From: Veleropilina oligotropha
Lineage: Eukaryota
DNA: 64,000 nucleotides
Direction of reading: 5' to 3'
NCBI GenBank assembly: GCA_048128005.1
Contig: JBEUKZ010000132.1
Span: forward strand, 62,001-126,000
Shown here: in pieces, positions 12,754 through 25,846 of the stretch
Layout: every line of letters starts with the position of its first letter
Numbering within the stretch: the stretch's first letter is position 1
Made by a program: the position numbers and the translations under genes
Notes under the pieces: model-generated
The model's input: only the letters and a program-made list of their open reading frames with translations
What the model was told of the DNA's origin: nothing
Databases searched by the model: none

Positions 12754-12903
12754 GTAACAATGGATTATAATTATCGAGAAAAGACGTGCAATATAGGCAA
12801 AATAAAGAAAACAGGCTTTAAAAATAAAACTGTTATAAGTATATTGTTGCTGCACTTTCAAGTATAGGTTCTACCATACAATATTGTTGCCGTCTCAGAA
12901 GTT

Positions 12904-13273
12904 TCATTCTTCTACCGAGGATGCTCTGTCGGCTCGAGGTCGAGCCCAGCTGACAGTTCATTCAACCGAGGATGCTCTGTCGGCTCGAGGTCGAGCCCAG
13001 CTGACAGTTCATTCAACCGAGGATGCTCTGTCGGCTCGAGGTCGAGCCCAGCTGACAGTTCATTCAACCGAGGATGCTCTGTCGGCTCGAGGTCGAGCCC
13101 AGCTGACAGTTCATTCAACCGAGGATGCTCTGTCGGCTCGAGGTCGAGCCCAGCTGACAGTTCATTCAACCGAGGATGCTCTGTAGGCTCGAGGTCGAGC
13201 CCAGCTGACAGTTCATTCAACCGAGGATGCTCTGTCGGCTCGAGGTCGAGCCCAGCTGAGAGTTCATTCTACC
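12904..13273 (+). repeat. 51-bp minisatellite, ~7 near-identical copies, each with an internal hairpin
   Basis: Unit ccgaggatgctctgtcggctcgaggtcgagcccagctgacagttcattcaa. Confidence 0.97.
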
Positions 13274-13380
13274 GCTTAAAATAAAAATAGAATATGGCAT
13301 ATGCCATTGTGGGACCTGGATTTTCATTGATGTGTTGATTTTCATGATGCATACAGTTACATTTAAATTATAATATGTTT

Positions 13381-14583
13381 AATAATGCCCCCACAAACGA
13401 AGTTTAGGGGGGGCATATAGGAATCAGCTTGTCTGTCTGTCCGTCGGCCGGTCTGTTGCAAATTCCCTTCCGCTCCATATCTCGGACAATATTTGACCGA
13501 AGGACACAAAATTTTATGTGTGCATGCGTCATAACCCAAAGGTGTGTCGCGTACTGAAAGTAGGTCACCACTACCTACTTTCCAAAATTACCTTCCGCTC
13601 AATTTCTCCCATACTATTTGACCGAGGGACACGAAACTTGATGTGTGCATGCGTCATAACCCAAAGGTGTGTCGCGTATTGAAAGTAGGTCACCACGACC
13701 TATTTTTCATGCTTGTCTGCACTGAATCCCAAATTCCCTTCCGCTTCATATCTATCTCCCATACTATTTGACTGAGGGACACGAAACTTGATGTGTGCAT
13801 GCGTCATAACCCAAAGGTGTGTCGTGTCCCCAAAGTAGGTTACCACGACCTACTTTTCATGCTTGACTGCACTTGATACAAAATCCCCTTCCGCTCCATA
13901 TCTCCCATATTATTTGACAGAGGGACAAGAAACTTGATGTTTGCATGCGTCGTAATACAAAGGTATGTCGCGTACCAAAAGTTGGTCACCATGACCTACT
14001 TTTCCTGCTTGACTGCACTTATCCAAGATCCCTTTCCACTTCAAATCTCTCATACTATTTGACCGAGGGACATGAAACTTGATGTGTGTATGCGTCATAA
14101 TACAAAGGTGTGTCACGTACCGAAAGTAGGTCACTGCGACCTACATTTCTGACTTGACCGCATTTGCTCCACAATTCCATTGCGCTCCATATCTTCCATT
14201 CTATTAGACAGAGGGATACAAAACTTGATGTGTTTATGGGTCACAACCCAAACGTTTGTTGCATACCAAAAGTAGGTCACCACGACCTACTTTTCAAGCT
14301 TGACCACATTTGGTCCAAATTCCCTTCCGCTCCATATCTCCCATACTATTTGACCGAGGGACATGAAACTTCATATGTGTATGCGTCATAACTGAAAGGT
14401 ATGTCGCGTACCGAAACTAGGTCAACACGACCTACTTTTCACAAGACCGCATTCAGTCTAAAATTCCCTTCCGCTCCATATCTCCCATACTATTTGACTG
14501 AGGGACATGTGTGTATGCAACAGCCTGTTCCTGTGTCAACCGCTTTCGTGGGGGCATGTGATCACTCCTGTGATAGTTCTAGT
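13381..14583 (+). mobile_element. Helentron-associated non-autonomous element (HINE) with ~145-bp internal tandem repeats
   Basis: 5' subterminal repeat atgcccccac with nearby inverted gggggcat, (gtcy)n microsatellite, 7-8 central repeats, 3' gtgggggcat, hairpin atcac-tcct-gtgat, CTAG(T) end. Confidence 0.85.
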
Positions 14584-14629
14584 TCACTATATAGCTTGTT
14601 TGATTTAGTTTAAAACATACTTTTTCCAG

Positions 14630-14720
14630 ATTTGACTACAACCGATTAATGGGGAAAGTCAGTCGTCACATCAGCTTTCCGGAGAAACTAAATCTGAGAC
14701 CCTACATGAGTGTTAAGCAG
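14630..14720 (+). CDS. USP36: USP36-like exon
   Basis: ttccag|A ... CAG|gtatgt; FDYNRLMGKVSRHISFPEKLNLRPYMSVKQ. Confidence 0.93.
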
Positions 14721-15011
14721 GTATGTATAGCATGCTGATGACATGATGGTATTATGTTTCGGATGAATTGTTGATTAACAACAGAATATTTTTTTCAGCC
14801 TTTCAATATTGAATGTCAAAATGCAACGAGATCATGTAGAATGGAAACAGCTGAGATTATAGGGAAAGTAGTCTCTGGCAAACCCAGGATTGAAAGAGAT
14901 ACCTGAGACATGGCAGACCAGTGATGACCATATGGCAACCACGTTATCGTCATTTTTTTCTGATTGGATTATTCAAGTCACAAGATTCTGCATGAACAGC
15001 CTATGCCTTAA

Positions 15012-16015
15012 CCCTTAACCGCCAGCCAAATTTTACGTAATGTGAGGTATATAGCTTGTCATGGATAATGTACTATACCATATAAAATATTGCTTGCAAG
15101 CACATATACTTATATATTTTCTGAAAGATAATTGAATAGGCTATATAATAGTGCTTTGAAATTTGTTTGTAGAGTAAAAAATTTGCATAATTGATCACTT
15201 TTACCTTTTATTCTCAGGTATTTTGGGAATATTCACTATACATGTCAATTCAGAAAATATTTGATCAACAAATGCTTTACATATGTATGTTATATTTTTT
15301 AGATGCATGTTGATGTATTCTTTGTGTTTGTAATATAAATTGGTGTATAATAATAAAGAATATCTTATGTCAATATTATGTCTTCATGTCTGATTTTGAA
15401 AAAAATATCCCGCAGGTGTATGAAGAAACTCAACACAGCAATGTGAAATGTTCTGTGAAATAGGCCTTCTTGCTACAAACGTACATTATATCAAATATAA
15501 AATTTATACCATTAACAGCTATATTTAACCATTAGGCCTATATGATTTATTATTGTTAATAATTAAATAAAACCAAGTACAAAAATAGTCCACCGATAGA
15601 TCATACCATTCATAATCTCCATTTCAATTCTCGATATCATCCTCAAAAGTGACCGATTCAGAAATGTCAAAGCCGCAAATATCAATTGTCACTTCAGAGT
15701 TCAAAATCCGCCTTTTAGGCCACAAGTTAATCATATTCCATTACAAATAATTCAAACTAAATGTAAAAACACATGTCGTTTATCAAAAGCAAAAAATCCG
15801 ATGAAAAATGGCCACTTTCAAGCCTTAAAACTTTATTTCAAACATCGATTAACTATACCTAACCTGCCGCCATTGTGGATTTAAAAGCACCAGGATGTAG
15901 CCCGATCATTCACGAACGAAATGACCCGAAAATATCCGAAGATTTCCGAATATTTACGAAGTTTTAAGCATTGAGATATAGGTGTTGTAGAAAGTCGGGT
16001 ATCGTCGGTTAAGGG
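15012..16015. mobile_element. piggyBac-like MITE
   Basis: TTAA|cccttaaccg ... cggttaaggg|TTAA. Confidence 0.8.
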
Positions 16016-16353
16016 TTAAAGCAAAAACATTCCTTGATGTATTGGCTTTTTGCTGATCAGCTCTTTATTACTTGAAGACCATTTAGACTAGCTAGTCTGT
16101 TAATAATCAGAAGCGAAATCAATGTTAAACTCTGTCAGTTATGCCATTTACGACCGATCCTTTGTGACATGTTAATTTTGTTTCGACAAAGCTTTCTCAG
16201 AAGGAAGGATTTTGAGTGCAGTTGATCTCACGCCTGGTTGACAGACCAGTCAAGTGAGTGATTTCAGAGTACGCCCTATTATCCACGCGGTAACTGATGC
16301 GTCCTTTGTTTAGGTACAAGCCTGTTGTATCTTACAGGGGTTTTTTACCATGA

Positions 16354-16610
16354 GGGAGGAATGATGCTTAATATCCTGTATATTTACAACATCGAGGTTC
16401 AAGACAGGACATGTCCGTGTTATCACGGGAGGAAACCCTGGTCGCCCGAGTAAACCCGCCCTCTTCGGCCGGTCGCGGACAACTGTGATTCATAACTTGA
16501 ACAAATTTCAATGCCTCAGCCAGGTAGAGAACCCACCACTGTTCACAATAGCGGAATCAAGCCAGTGAATTTAGAGTGGACACTCTTACCCACTGCGCTG
16601 CCGAAGCGGC
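16354..16610 (-). mobile_element. tRNA-derived SINE (family B)
   Basis: Reverse complement of 28465-28696; 12-bp TSD tttttaccatga. Confidence 0.85.
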
Positions 16611-16757
16611 TTTTTACCATGAAATATGTGTTCGAGTGTGATTAGTGTCATATGACAATTCATATTCTTGTGAACTCCAATGCCTTTCTCTAAGCAAACA
16701 GCAGGTTAACAAATAATGGAAACATTGTAACGATTATGTTTATCTTTGATTTTGCAG

Positions 16758-16883
16758 GGAGAGGCTGTCATGTATCAGCTGTATGGGGTTCTGGTGCATT
16801 CTGGCTTCAACTGCAACTCTGGTCATTATTTCTGCTACGTCAAGTCACCTAGTCAAACGTGGTACTGCATGAACGATTCAATG
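16758..16883 (+). CDS. USP36: USP36-like exon (His box)
   Basis: ttgcag|GGA ... ATG|gtaatt; [42 protein letters not shown]. Confidence 0.95.
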
Positions 16884-17591
16884 GTAATTGATTTTCTCTT
16901 TGTATTAATGGCAAAGATGCGGCTTATTAATCATTTTGATCCACGTGGTGAGAATGTGCCCTTGCTACGTCACAATTACGCGATATTACAACTTCACAGT
17001 ATCCACCCTGGTTATCGGCATGTTTCACATGAAATTCCATCACAACACTCTGACACCATTGCAGTCAATACATTCTGATTCCTCTATGACTAATATATAT
17101 GCCGACTAGGTAACCATTCAGATGGCTGTGTGGATAGAGGCAAATATATGTAATAGTATATTCATGTAAAATCGCTGAGACTGGATATAAAACCTGAACA
17201 TGTACAAGCATAGGCACGTGATATACCAGCTAACCTACTAAGCTACGACGAAGCATGGTGTTGTGATTTTTTCAAGCACATGAAATTTAGCATTTTCTAG
17301 GTACTTTTCAGAAAATTTAATGTTATGTAATTATAAATAATATGGCTATTAAATATGATGTTTGGATCTTTTGTGTGCTCTGAGACAGACGTTTTTACTG
17401 GCACTCTGTTATTTGTTAGTGAAATCTAACTGTAACAAGTGATGTGATATTAATTAGTTTAGGTCTGTGGCCATTTTTGACAATTTTCAGTCGTATCTGT
17501 TGTCAAAACCTGGGTTTAGCATCTCCCTTTGAAGGATGGATAATATGTTTAGGCCATCCCGTTCATTAGTTGTAATTGTTGAATAAGCCAC

Positions 17592-18484
17592 GAGGCCTGC
17601 ACAAATTGAATTTTTGTGTAACCCGTTTGTGGGTTATGCCAAATAGTAGTTGCGTAACCCATTTTATTTGGGCAACCCTTTTTATACGAAATTTTTTCAA
17701 TTCATTAATAATACTTTATACCGGTATATATAATATTATATTGCTAATATTGTTGGTAATAAATTGTATAATTGATGTAGTTTTTTATTAATAATTATTT
17801 ATTTTTTAAAAGGGGTTAAAGAAACTTCATATAATATTTTAAATTCAAATTTAATTTATTAATTTTATCTCAATTTTATAATTGATCCAAGTGTCATCAC
17901 TGATTGCGAGTTTTCACTTATACAATATTGAGGTAACAATAACATGGAAAATGTTGCAGTATAAATATATTATGTACATTTAAATATAGACCAAATTCTA
18001 TATTTATAAAAGCAGTTCCATTATTGTGTTATAATAATGTAATATTTTAATAAATTTAGTGAGAAGTACATCGTATTCAATAATGTCCGACATGTCTTGT
18101 AAAATAAAATATCTCGGAAGCATCATGAAGGCAGCACAGCTTGGGTTGTTGCAGAAAACTGGGAATTCCCAGTTACTATTTTTAGAATAATCCAGGGACA
18201 CAAATCTGTCATGATTTATAATATGTGAACCCCGTAGCAGGGTCAGAATTCAGAACTTTTCGAAGTTGTAAGCAATTAGATTCTTTGCCATGCTTTGTTT
18301 ATACAATTTTAAAAGTAGTATATTGCGGCTTCAGCCATATCAACATTCGTTACGTGACAAGGTAAATATCTATTGAATTGAATAAACTGAAATTTTGCGC
18401 GATCGAAAATTGGGTTACGCAACATTGCATTTGCGCGAGCTTCAGGCGAGCTGAATGATCGTTTGCACAATTTGTGCAGGCCTG
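17592..18484. mobile_element. hAT-like MITE
   Basis: Perfect 16-bp TIR aggcctgcacaaattg / caatttgtgcaggcct; flanking direct repeat agccac(g). Confidence 0.78.
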
Positions 18485-18543
18485 AGCCACGCTGGTGCGG
18501 GAATCGAACACTCAACCCATCATTCCACATTACCGATACTGTA

Positions 18544-18842
18544 CAGGGTTCTCTCCAGATTAAATTATAAGGTGGGGGAATTATGTCTTGGGCGGGTCGC
18601 TTGTGTCCGCGCTCGCGTGAGTTTGTGCATGTATGTATGCACGTATATGTATATATGTAGAGGTATAATATATATATCGTATATATGTATAGGTAGGTAT
18701 ATATAGAAATTATTATGGCTTCTATGGGATGAAGATCTGGAATGGTGTGGAAAGGTGGCGGGGAGGGGTCATAGGGTGGCAGGGAAGGGTCATAGGGTGG
18801 CGGACCGGTCCGCCACCTTATAAGTGCCCGGGGAGAACCCTG
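18544..18842. mobile_element. hAT5-like MITE (5-bp TSD)
   Basis: cagggttctc ... gagaaccctg with TSD ctgta; same family as 7605-8609. Confidence 0.78.
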
Positions 18843-18983
18843 CTGTATCATTTGACCTATTATGGATAATTTCAACAAGCTAGAGTATTGAACAAGAAGT
18901 AATAATATCACACAACAAGTGATAGCATGGAACAACTAGTGATAATATTACACAATAATAACCGCTGTATGAATCGCTTCCAG

Positions 18984-19058
18984 GTGCAGCAGGTGAGTGC
19001 AACGCGGGTGCTGAACACTGAGGCGTACCTTTTATTCTACGTGAAGATCAAAACCAAG
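18984..19058 (+). CDS. USP36: USP36-like exon (end of catalytic domain)
   Basis: ttccag|GTG ... AAG|gtaaat; VQQVSATRVLNTEAYLLFYVKIKTK. Confidence 0.92.
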
Positions 19059-19202
19059 GTAAATTGCTCAGCACACTAACTCTCAGGTGTTGTCAGCTAA
19101 ATTATGATTGCAATTTGGTCTTGGTTAAGATTAGCTTATATATGCAGCTGTTATGGAATAGTATCAAACTGACATGTTTATTTGGGCATAAATTGGTATA
19201 GG

Positions 19203-20250
19203 CAGGCCTTGCGGTTTGTAAAATGCAGGAGAGTGACAATCACTCTCCTCAATTGTTTTTAGGAGAGTGATAGCAAACGTGAACTGTGTTATGTCAGAAT
19301 GCTGGATTTATCAATCATAAATCGTAGCACAGTGTCTTAACTAACTTAACCACAGTAATATAGGTGGGAATATTATGAAAACATTATCGAGTTTGACTTG
19401 GGAAATAACTGACCAATTTCTGTATCTCTGTTACTAAGTGTATATGATAGTTCATGTATCAATTCATTATTGTAATATGTATACCAATTTAAAAGTATAA
19501 AAAATAAATTATGATACTATGACAAATGTCACAATGTTTGTTCGCATGATGTTGATACTTTATTAGCATGATTATCATTATTGTTGTAAACAATAACATT
19601 ACAAAATTTGAAACCAATCAATGTATTCATGAGTTGTGCTATAAATAGATGTGGAATTCCCTGGTCCTTTCATTTGCCGCCCAACTCTCCTTCGCAGAAA
19701 CGTGATTTCGCTGTTCTACATTGTTAAAGAAAACTTGCTCTTTTCTATTTGAGAGCAGGGGGGATAACTCCGGGTACGAGCGGGAAAATAAATAATATTT
19801 CGCTAACATTCCATCGCGAGAAAGTACTGCGTTGAACAAAGTTCCCTTTGGCCTCTTTCGACATTACGCACACTAATGCGAGTACAATTAAACGAGAGCA
19901 CGCAGTAACACTTTACATGTCAAGCGCGGCTGCTGTTTGGAGGAAGAGCGTCTAGTGGCGCTGCTCTAAAACAATGCGCAGTAATAAGCAGCTATTGTCA
20001 TCGCAATGGTCAGAAAATGGAACGGTCGTTACTTCATAGCGACGTTTAGGCCTACACATTACAACATTAAACAGGAAAATAGACGTAATTTATGAAAACA
20101 CTTAAGATAAGTGTGAAATTTGAGTTCACTTATAATTTATGTGTCGATCTACTAAACATCACATGGCGCACGATAATAGTTCCACTAAAATTCATCTGAG
20201 GTGAGCGATGGTGCGCTGGAGTGATCGCGCACCTTAGTTCGCAAAGCCTG
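19203..20250. mobile_element. Possible hAT-like MITE
   Basis: caggccttgcg ... cgcaaagcctg; TSD degenerate (atagg/ttagt). Confidence 0.4.
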
Positions 20251-20348
20251 TTAGTGTATAGGACAACTATGTCAATTGTGTATATATGATGAAAGTGTGG
20301 TGTAGATAGAATACAGAATTATTTAGGTAAATGTCATGTTTATTTTAG

Positions 20349-20424
20349 GCTTCATTCATTGGACCGTTGCAAGGGAACCACAGACTGATACAGAACAACT
20401 TTAAGAAGGTTAATGGCTCGCTGG
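20349..20424 (+). CDS. USP36: USP36-like exon
   Basis: ttttag|GCT ... G|gtaagt; ASFIGPLQGNHRLIQNNFKKVNGSL; phases fit both neighbouring exons. Confidence 0.85.
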
Positions 20425-20501
20425 GTAAGTAATAAAAATGTGGATGGTCCAGTGGTATGTGATACAAAATAAAAATTATTTTACGATTTTCTGCAATGGA
20501 T

Positions 20502-20645
20502 GGGGCAGCATGGCCGAGTGGATATGATGCTTGTCTACAAAGATGATGGTCATGGTATCAAATCCTGTGAGTGCCAGGGATTTTCCCCATGAATCGCTGT
20601 CACCATTGCACATGATGTATAACACCGATTCATCGTTTCATCATT
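20502..20645 (+). mobile_element. Degenerate, truncated SINE (family A)
   Basis: ggggcagcatggccgagtggata head and body similar to 3550-3690. Confidence 0.7.
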
Positions 20646-20856
20646 ATTAAGAAAAACTGAAGTATGTATTCAAAATAATAATTTCATGGATATCCTGTTG
20701 AATGAACTACGATAGTGTGTAGAATTATCATCTAATCATTTTTCCAATGTTAGGCATTGAACATAAATTTGCATTATTAAAAATGAACTAAAAAATACTG
20801 AATGAATACTAGCAAAAAAACACAAACATATTACTAAAGTTTTCTTTGCATTACAG

Positions 20857-22758
20857 AAGGCCCAAGCAGTGATATCGGCAGCAGCCCTATTGGACGCAAG
20901 CCTGTTGCCACGACGACCAAAGCCGACCTGCAGAATCTTGAAAATGTTGCTACATACAAGAATCAGAGGCCAACGAATTTACCCACCAAGAGAGAAAAGG
21001 TGTCCTTTGGAATCGCTTTAACGTCTGGTCAGGAACCAGATCCTTCGGTTCAAAAGAAATCGATCGATGGAACAGGAGACGCTACCCCACGGATTGTCAT
21101 GAAGATAAAACACGGAAAAGTCCACACCACGTTCAAGGACAGTCCGGCGACTGCTAAGAATGCGTCTCCTAGCAACAAGTTGTCGAACGGACCTGTTGCT
21201 ACGGTAACATCAGGGGTACAAGAAAAATCCACATCCAAACTGGTTCCGTATGGAGAAGATTCAGACACGGACACCGAGAGCAAACTGGAATCAAAATCAA
21301 CCGATTCCAGCACAGCGGCTCTTTCAAACAGTAAAACTAATTCAGAGGACACAGAAAATACCAAAGGCAAGAAAAATAAAAATGGAGGTCTATTTATTAA
21401 ATCGCCAACAAAAGTGATATTTGATGAAACCCTGAATGCTACAACGTCTGTACCTGGAAACAGCAAATTGTTGGAGACCTGTTCCGGTGGCAATCACGGA
21501 AAAGGAACGTGGAAAGAAACCAAGGTACATGTATCAAACAATCACGTAAACGTTTCAGCGAAAGCGTCTAACCAAGACGCATTCAGTAATCCATCGCCAA
21601 AGACGACGAAAGCCAAAGCAGTCGACCTCTCATGTATTACATCTCCAACTTCGCTAAAATTTAACGCAACATCGCAGTGGCAGGTGCAGTATCAAGATTC
21701 TGCCATTAGCCCTTCAGTTGCATCATCGAGTACGAACAGTGTCAATTCAACTTCCGACTGGTATATATCGGAGAAAAACGATAGTCATTCGCATGATAAA
21801 CCGTCAAATCGACACAGTGCACCTGGTTGGATAGTGTCGGAATCTGAGACGGAGAGTAAAGTAGTGCCAAACAAGCCGGTGCAAGCAAAAGACAATACAT
21901 CTGCAAGACATGATAAGGAAGCTGATGATGTTTGTACTAAACAATTTACTGACAGTACAGATACAATCAAATCCATGACCCAAGATAATGTAGCACCTAA
22001 TGCTAGTGGTACATCAATAAACGAGAAAAACGTCTTGGCGGATAACGAACCAAAATCATCAAGTATTATTAAAAATGAGACTGCTCAGATATCCCCAGAT
22101 ATTGAACACAGGACTAATGTCAAACTTGAAAAACAAGTAGAGTGTTTGCCTTCTGGTGTAAGTCACGAGGATACAGCTGTTTCTAATCCCAGTGATAAGG
22201 AAATTGTCAGTGTTAATGAAACAAATGCTACTGATGCCAAATGTGACGGTAATAATATCAAGAAAACGTTATTTGCTGATCACATACCGAGCAATTCTGT
22301 AGATAAGTCGATACCAAAAGTTGAGCATTTCTCTCCAGTTATTCATCCCAGTGAAAAAGACAGCCGTTTGTCTAGTGACGAATTGACTTACGTCACACCA
22401 ATGGTAATTAAAAAGAAATGTAAACACAAGAAGCATAAGAAAGAACATTTAAAATTGGAAAACGATTATCAACGCGGAGTTGAAATCGATAACGAATCGT
22501 CTGAGACGACGTCTCGAAAGAAAAAGAAGAAACACAAAGAGAAACGAAATGAGGAAAAGAAAAGCTTGAAGCGGAAGGCGCACGACCTCTCGGAAGACCG
22601 GAACATCAAACAGAGATCGTATGAGAAACAGACATCCAGCGATTCAACAGAAAGGACCGCAAAACACCGATCTCGGCGCCACGAAACATCTAGCGAATCT
22701 GAGGAGGAACTTGTGTGGGTTGAAAAAACTAAAGATAACATGCTGTCTCCTAAAGCTG
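20857..22758 (+). CDS. USP36: USP36-like large exon, Ser/Lys-rich disordered region
   Basis: ttacag|AA ... G|gtgagt; 1.9 kb open frame (listed ORF 21000-22766) with KLVPYGEDSD and basic clusters KKKCKHKKHKK, RKKKKKHKEKR. Confidence 0.9.
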
Positions 22759-23078
22759 GTGAGTAGCCATGAAATGATTGAAGCGTGGTAGTAAATTAAT
22801 TATTATATTATGAAGGTGTGTTAATTGTGTATACCGCAAATTTTTTTCGATGGTTTATTTATAATTTTTTGCTCGACTGGTTGAAGACCAGGAATCTTAT
22901 AAATTCAACGACTAATGACCATAGATGTTCACGTTGACAATAACCCCCAGTTCTAAACAATTTTCCGTTTTGAACATGCTCATTGGTGTCGTCTGTCGGT
23001 GTCATACATTTTCATGCATACCTGTTTAACATTTATTTTATGTACACGCGTACTGGGCTGTCGGTGTGAAGCAAATAA

Positions 23079-24333
23079 AACGAGTGCTATCGATATAGCG
23101 GTATCCCCCGCGGTAAAGCATTTTAGTACAATGTTTTTGATGGTATGGAGATTTTTGATGGAAATTGGTCATTAATCCCTAGATCTATCAACCAGCATAT
23201 ACATGTATAAAATATATCTTGAGTAGCACACATGCACTAATTGAATAACTTTGTCCAAACTTGCAAATGTAACACATTATTTGTGTTAAATTAATCAATT
23301 TTCTATGTCCAAATACACAAATTTAGCATAGTTTTGTGTTAAAATGAATGCAACATCACTGCCAGAGCAGCATGTAGCATCACAATGTCAACCCATATTG
23401 CACTCACTGAAAAAATTTAACCACAAACTTGAAATAAAATTTCACAGAATCAATATAACTGTAACAATAGCAGGTAACAACTACGAAGCATACACCAATG
23501 CATATTCTTGCAACAACGCGTCTTGATCAATCAATATGCGGTAATTGAATAACTTAAACCGAAAATGTTTACTAAATTTCTATGCCAAAAACATTTTATT
23601 TTATTTTAAATTTTATTAAATATCACTTCCAGAATAGCAGGTAGTGTCAATATGGCCAAAACCAAAGTATATGCATTAAAATAGTGCTTTAATAAACCTA
23701 CATGCAATAATTGAAAAACGTTAACCTAAAAAATGTACCTAAAATTTATATATAAAAAACCTCAATTCCACAAATTATTTATATTAAATTTTGTTCAATA
23801 TCACTGCCAGGCTAGCAGCTAACATCAATATAGCCAGCAACAAAGGATAAGTGTGCAAAAAAAGTGCAATGAGCATTGTATAAGCACTCTTTGAAAAACT
23901 TGAACCGACACATTTTAATTAAATTTCTATGTCCCAAAACACCAATTTCATGCATTATTTATATAAATTTATAATGTAAATCATTGCCAGAGTATCAGGT
24001 CACATCCATATAACCATTACTAAAGTTTGTATATGCCGAAATGTTTCTTGAGCAATCGATATACACTCAAAGAAAAACTTTAACCGAAAAATGTCTATGT
24101 TCAAATTGCTTTTTTTTCACAAAATAAAAAAAAAATCTTTTTGTTTTTGGTTCCAACTAAAGGCTAAACATGTCTGCTTTCCATCTAAATAGGTTTGATT
24201 AAGTTATTCATCCATTAAATGCATGCGATACCTCATTCAAAAACTTGAACCAAAAGTGTGACCAGACGGACGGACGGAGGCTATCCCTATATCCCCCTTC
24301 GGCTTTTTCCTTCGGAAGCCGCAGGGGATAATA
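23079..24333 (-). mobile_element. HINE-like element with diverged internal repeats
   Basis: On - strand: ttatcccctgcgg...gggggata, (ccgt)n microsatellite, degenerate central repeats, 3' ccgcgggggata + hairpin gctat-atcg-atagc + ctcgtt. Confidence 0.75.
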
Positions 24334-24496
24334 TCGATGGCACTACCTATACACAATGAGACATTCTTGCAATGCTTTATTGAATTCAAGTGTATTTACG
24401 CATTGATTAATTAATCCTGTTCTTTCTCTTACTACTTGCTTCTTGTGACTATTTATAACTGGCGTTTTGATGCATTTTTTCTTGGTGCTTCAATAG

Positions 24497-24658
24497 TTCC
24501 GGTTCAGGCTTGGGATCATCACGTTCAGGATGGATACAAGCGGAACAAGTCGGAAGCAACCAATGGCAAAAGCAAGTCTTGTTGGGATGGCAACAGAAAA
24601 TCAAATGCAGTGGCCGAGTTAGAGGCGATGTCGTCGTCTCATGGATTTGGTAATGCAG
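24497..24658 (+). CDS. USP36: USP36-like exon
   Basis: caatag|TT ... G|gtaatt; VPVQAWDHHVQDGYKRNKSEATNGKSKSCWDGNRKSNAVAELEAMSSSHGFGNA. Confidence 0.85.
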
Positions 24659-25155
24659 GTAATTAAGTGATAATCAGTCAAGACCTACAATAATAAAAAA
24701 TAAGTGCAGTAGGGATGGATGTCTGTAGAAATTTGTGATTATTTCTATTCTGTAATGTTTGAAATTTTGTCACAAATCACACATTATATATACGGCACTG
24801 CAGGTTTCCAGGCACCGCTGGGTGCGCCCTTGTCCTTAATATGGCTCCAGCCTCCTGTCCTGGGCATCTCCCTTGTTAACTCCCATATGTCCCTGTAGGG
24901 TTTTTAGTATTAAATGGTACACTAAGCATACATCCATACAACCAAAAAATTTAAGGTTAGGATTGTATGGCAGGATTGTTATATGTCAAGATGTTGTATC
25001 TCAGCAGGATATCAATTTGAATTTGAATCTAGTTTTTCCCTACACAAGAAAAGAACTCAGGTCACAACCTGGCAGCATCAGTTGTCGCAGGCATTTAAGA
25101 AGTCCAAACCACGCTGTTGAATGTTGTTTGTGCATGTTTGTTTTATCTCCAACAG

Positions 25156-25271
25156 TGTCATCATGGGATGGCAGCATCAGCCACGTAGATAAGGAAGCCA
25201 AGGGAGAACGCGAGATGGAGAGGAAATGCGAGTGGTCTGACGATTACGAAGACGAAATGGACTGCGGGAAG
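25156..25271 (+). CDS. USP36: USP36-like exon (conserved C-terminal motif)
   Basis: caacag|TG ... AAG|gtaggt; VSSWDGSISHVDKEAKGEREMERKCEWSDDYEDEMDCGK. Confidence 0.9.
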
Positions 25272-25370
25272 GTAGGTATTGTTCGTTTGTGAAATAAAAC
25301 CATGTTAAAAGTGGTAAAAAAGGCTGATTGGATATATTATGGTCATTTTTAGCTTTAACTTATAGATCTG

Positions 25371-25657
25371 GCCCCGCTTGCATAAAGATACTTAAGTTGA
25401 GATTTTCCTCAAGTCAGATTTCATGACGTCACGTTCAAAATGGCTTGCATAAAACTTCTTACGCTAAGTATCTTAGGAAATATTGCATTATTTCCTTACA
25501 TATTTCAGACTGCTAGGTAGCTTCCTGCCTCAAATATTTCAGGAAATAATGCATATATTTCCTATAAGAAGTTTTACGCAAGCCATTTAGAACGTGACGT
25601 CATGAAATCTCAGACTTGAGGAAAATCTCAACTTAAGTATCTTTATGCAAGCGGGGC
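25371..25657. mobile_element. Fold-back MITE, Harbinger-like
   Basis: ~90-bp near-perfect TIRs gccccgcttgcataaagatacttaagttgagattttcctcaagtc...; 3-bp TSD CTG. Confidence 0.85.
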
Positions 25658-25846
25658 CTGTTCATCAAGCTTTGTTTAGCATCTGATTGCATGTTGATTT
25701 CCACTCCACTGGTTGTCGTCATGGTGCAGTGGCAAGATTATCGTTCTTAATCCACTAGATCGACTGATCGACATCGACAGTGATTGTTGTAATGTTTGAG
25801 TTGGTAATCGGTCGCGTTCGTTCATAACAAGCAGCAGTGATCCGGG

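Noticed and set aside
12884..13220. Repeat-protein ORFs on both strands (STEDALSARGRAQLTVH / NELSAGLDLEPTEHPRL)
   Set aside because: By-product of a 51-bp unit divisible by 3; the flanking USP36 exons already join in phase without it, and one unit has a stop
11543..13273. CRISPR-like array interpretation of the 44-bp and 51-bp repeats
   Set aside because: Units are contiguous with no unique spacers, no cas-like ORFs are nearby, and both lie in introns of a eukaryotic gene
18309..18935. 208-aa Pro-rich ORF on the - strand
   Set aside because: Runs across two MITEs and a low-complexity TA tract; no recognisable domain
21000..22766. Stand-alone 588-aa gene
   Set aside because: The start is a GTG inside a longer frame bounded by an acceptor at 20856 and a donor at 22759; it is an internal USP36 exon
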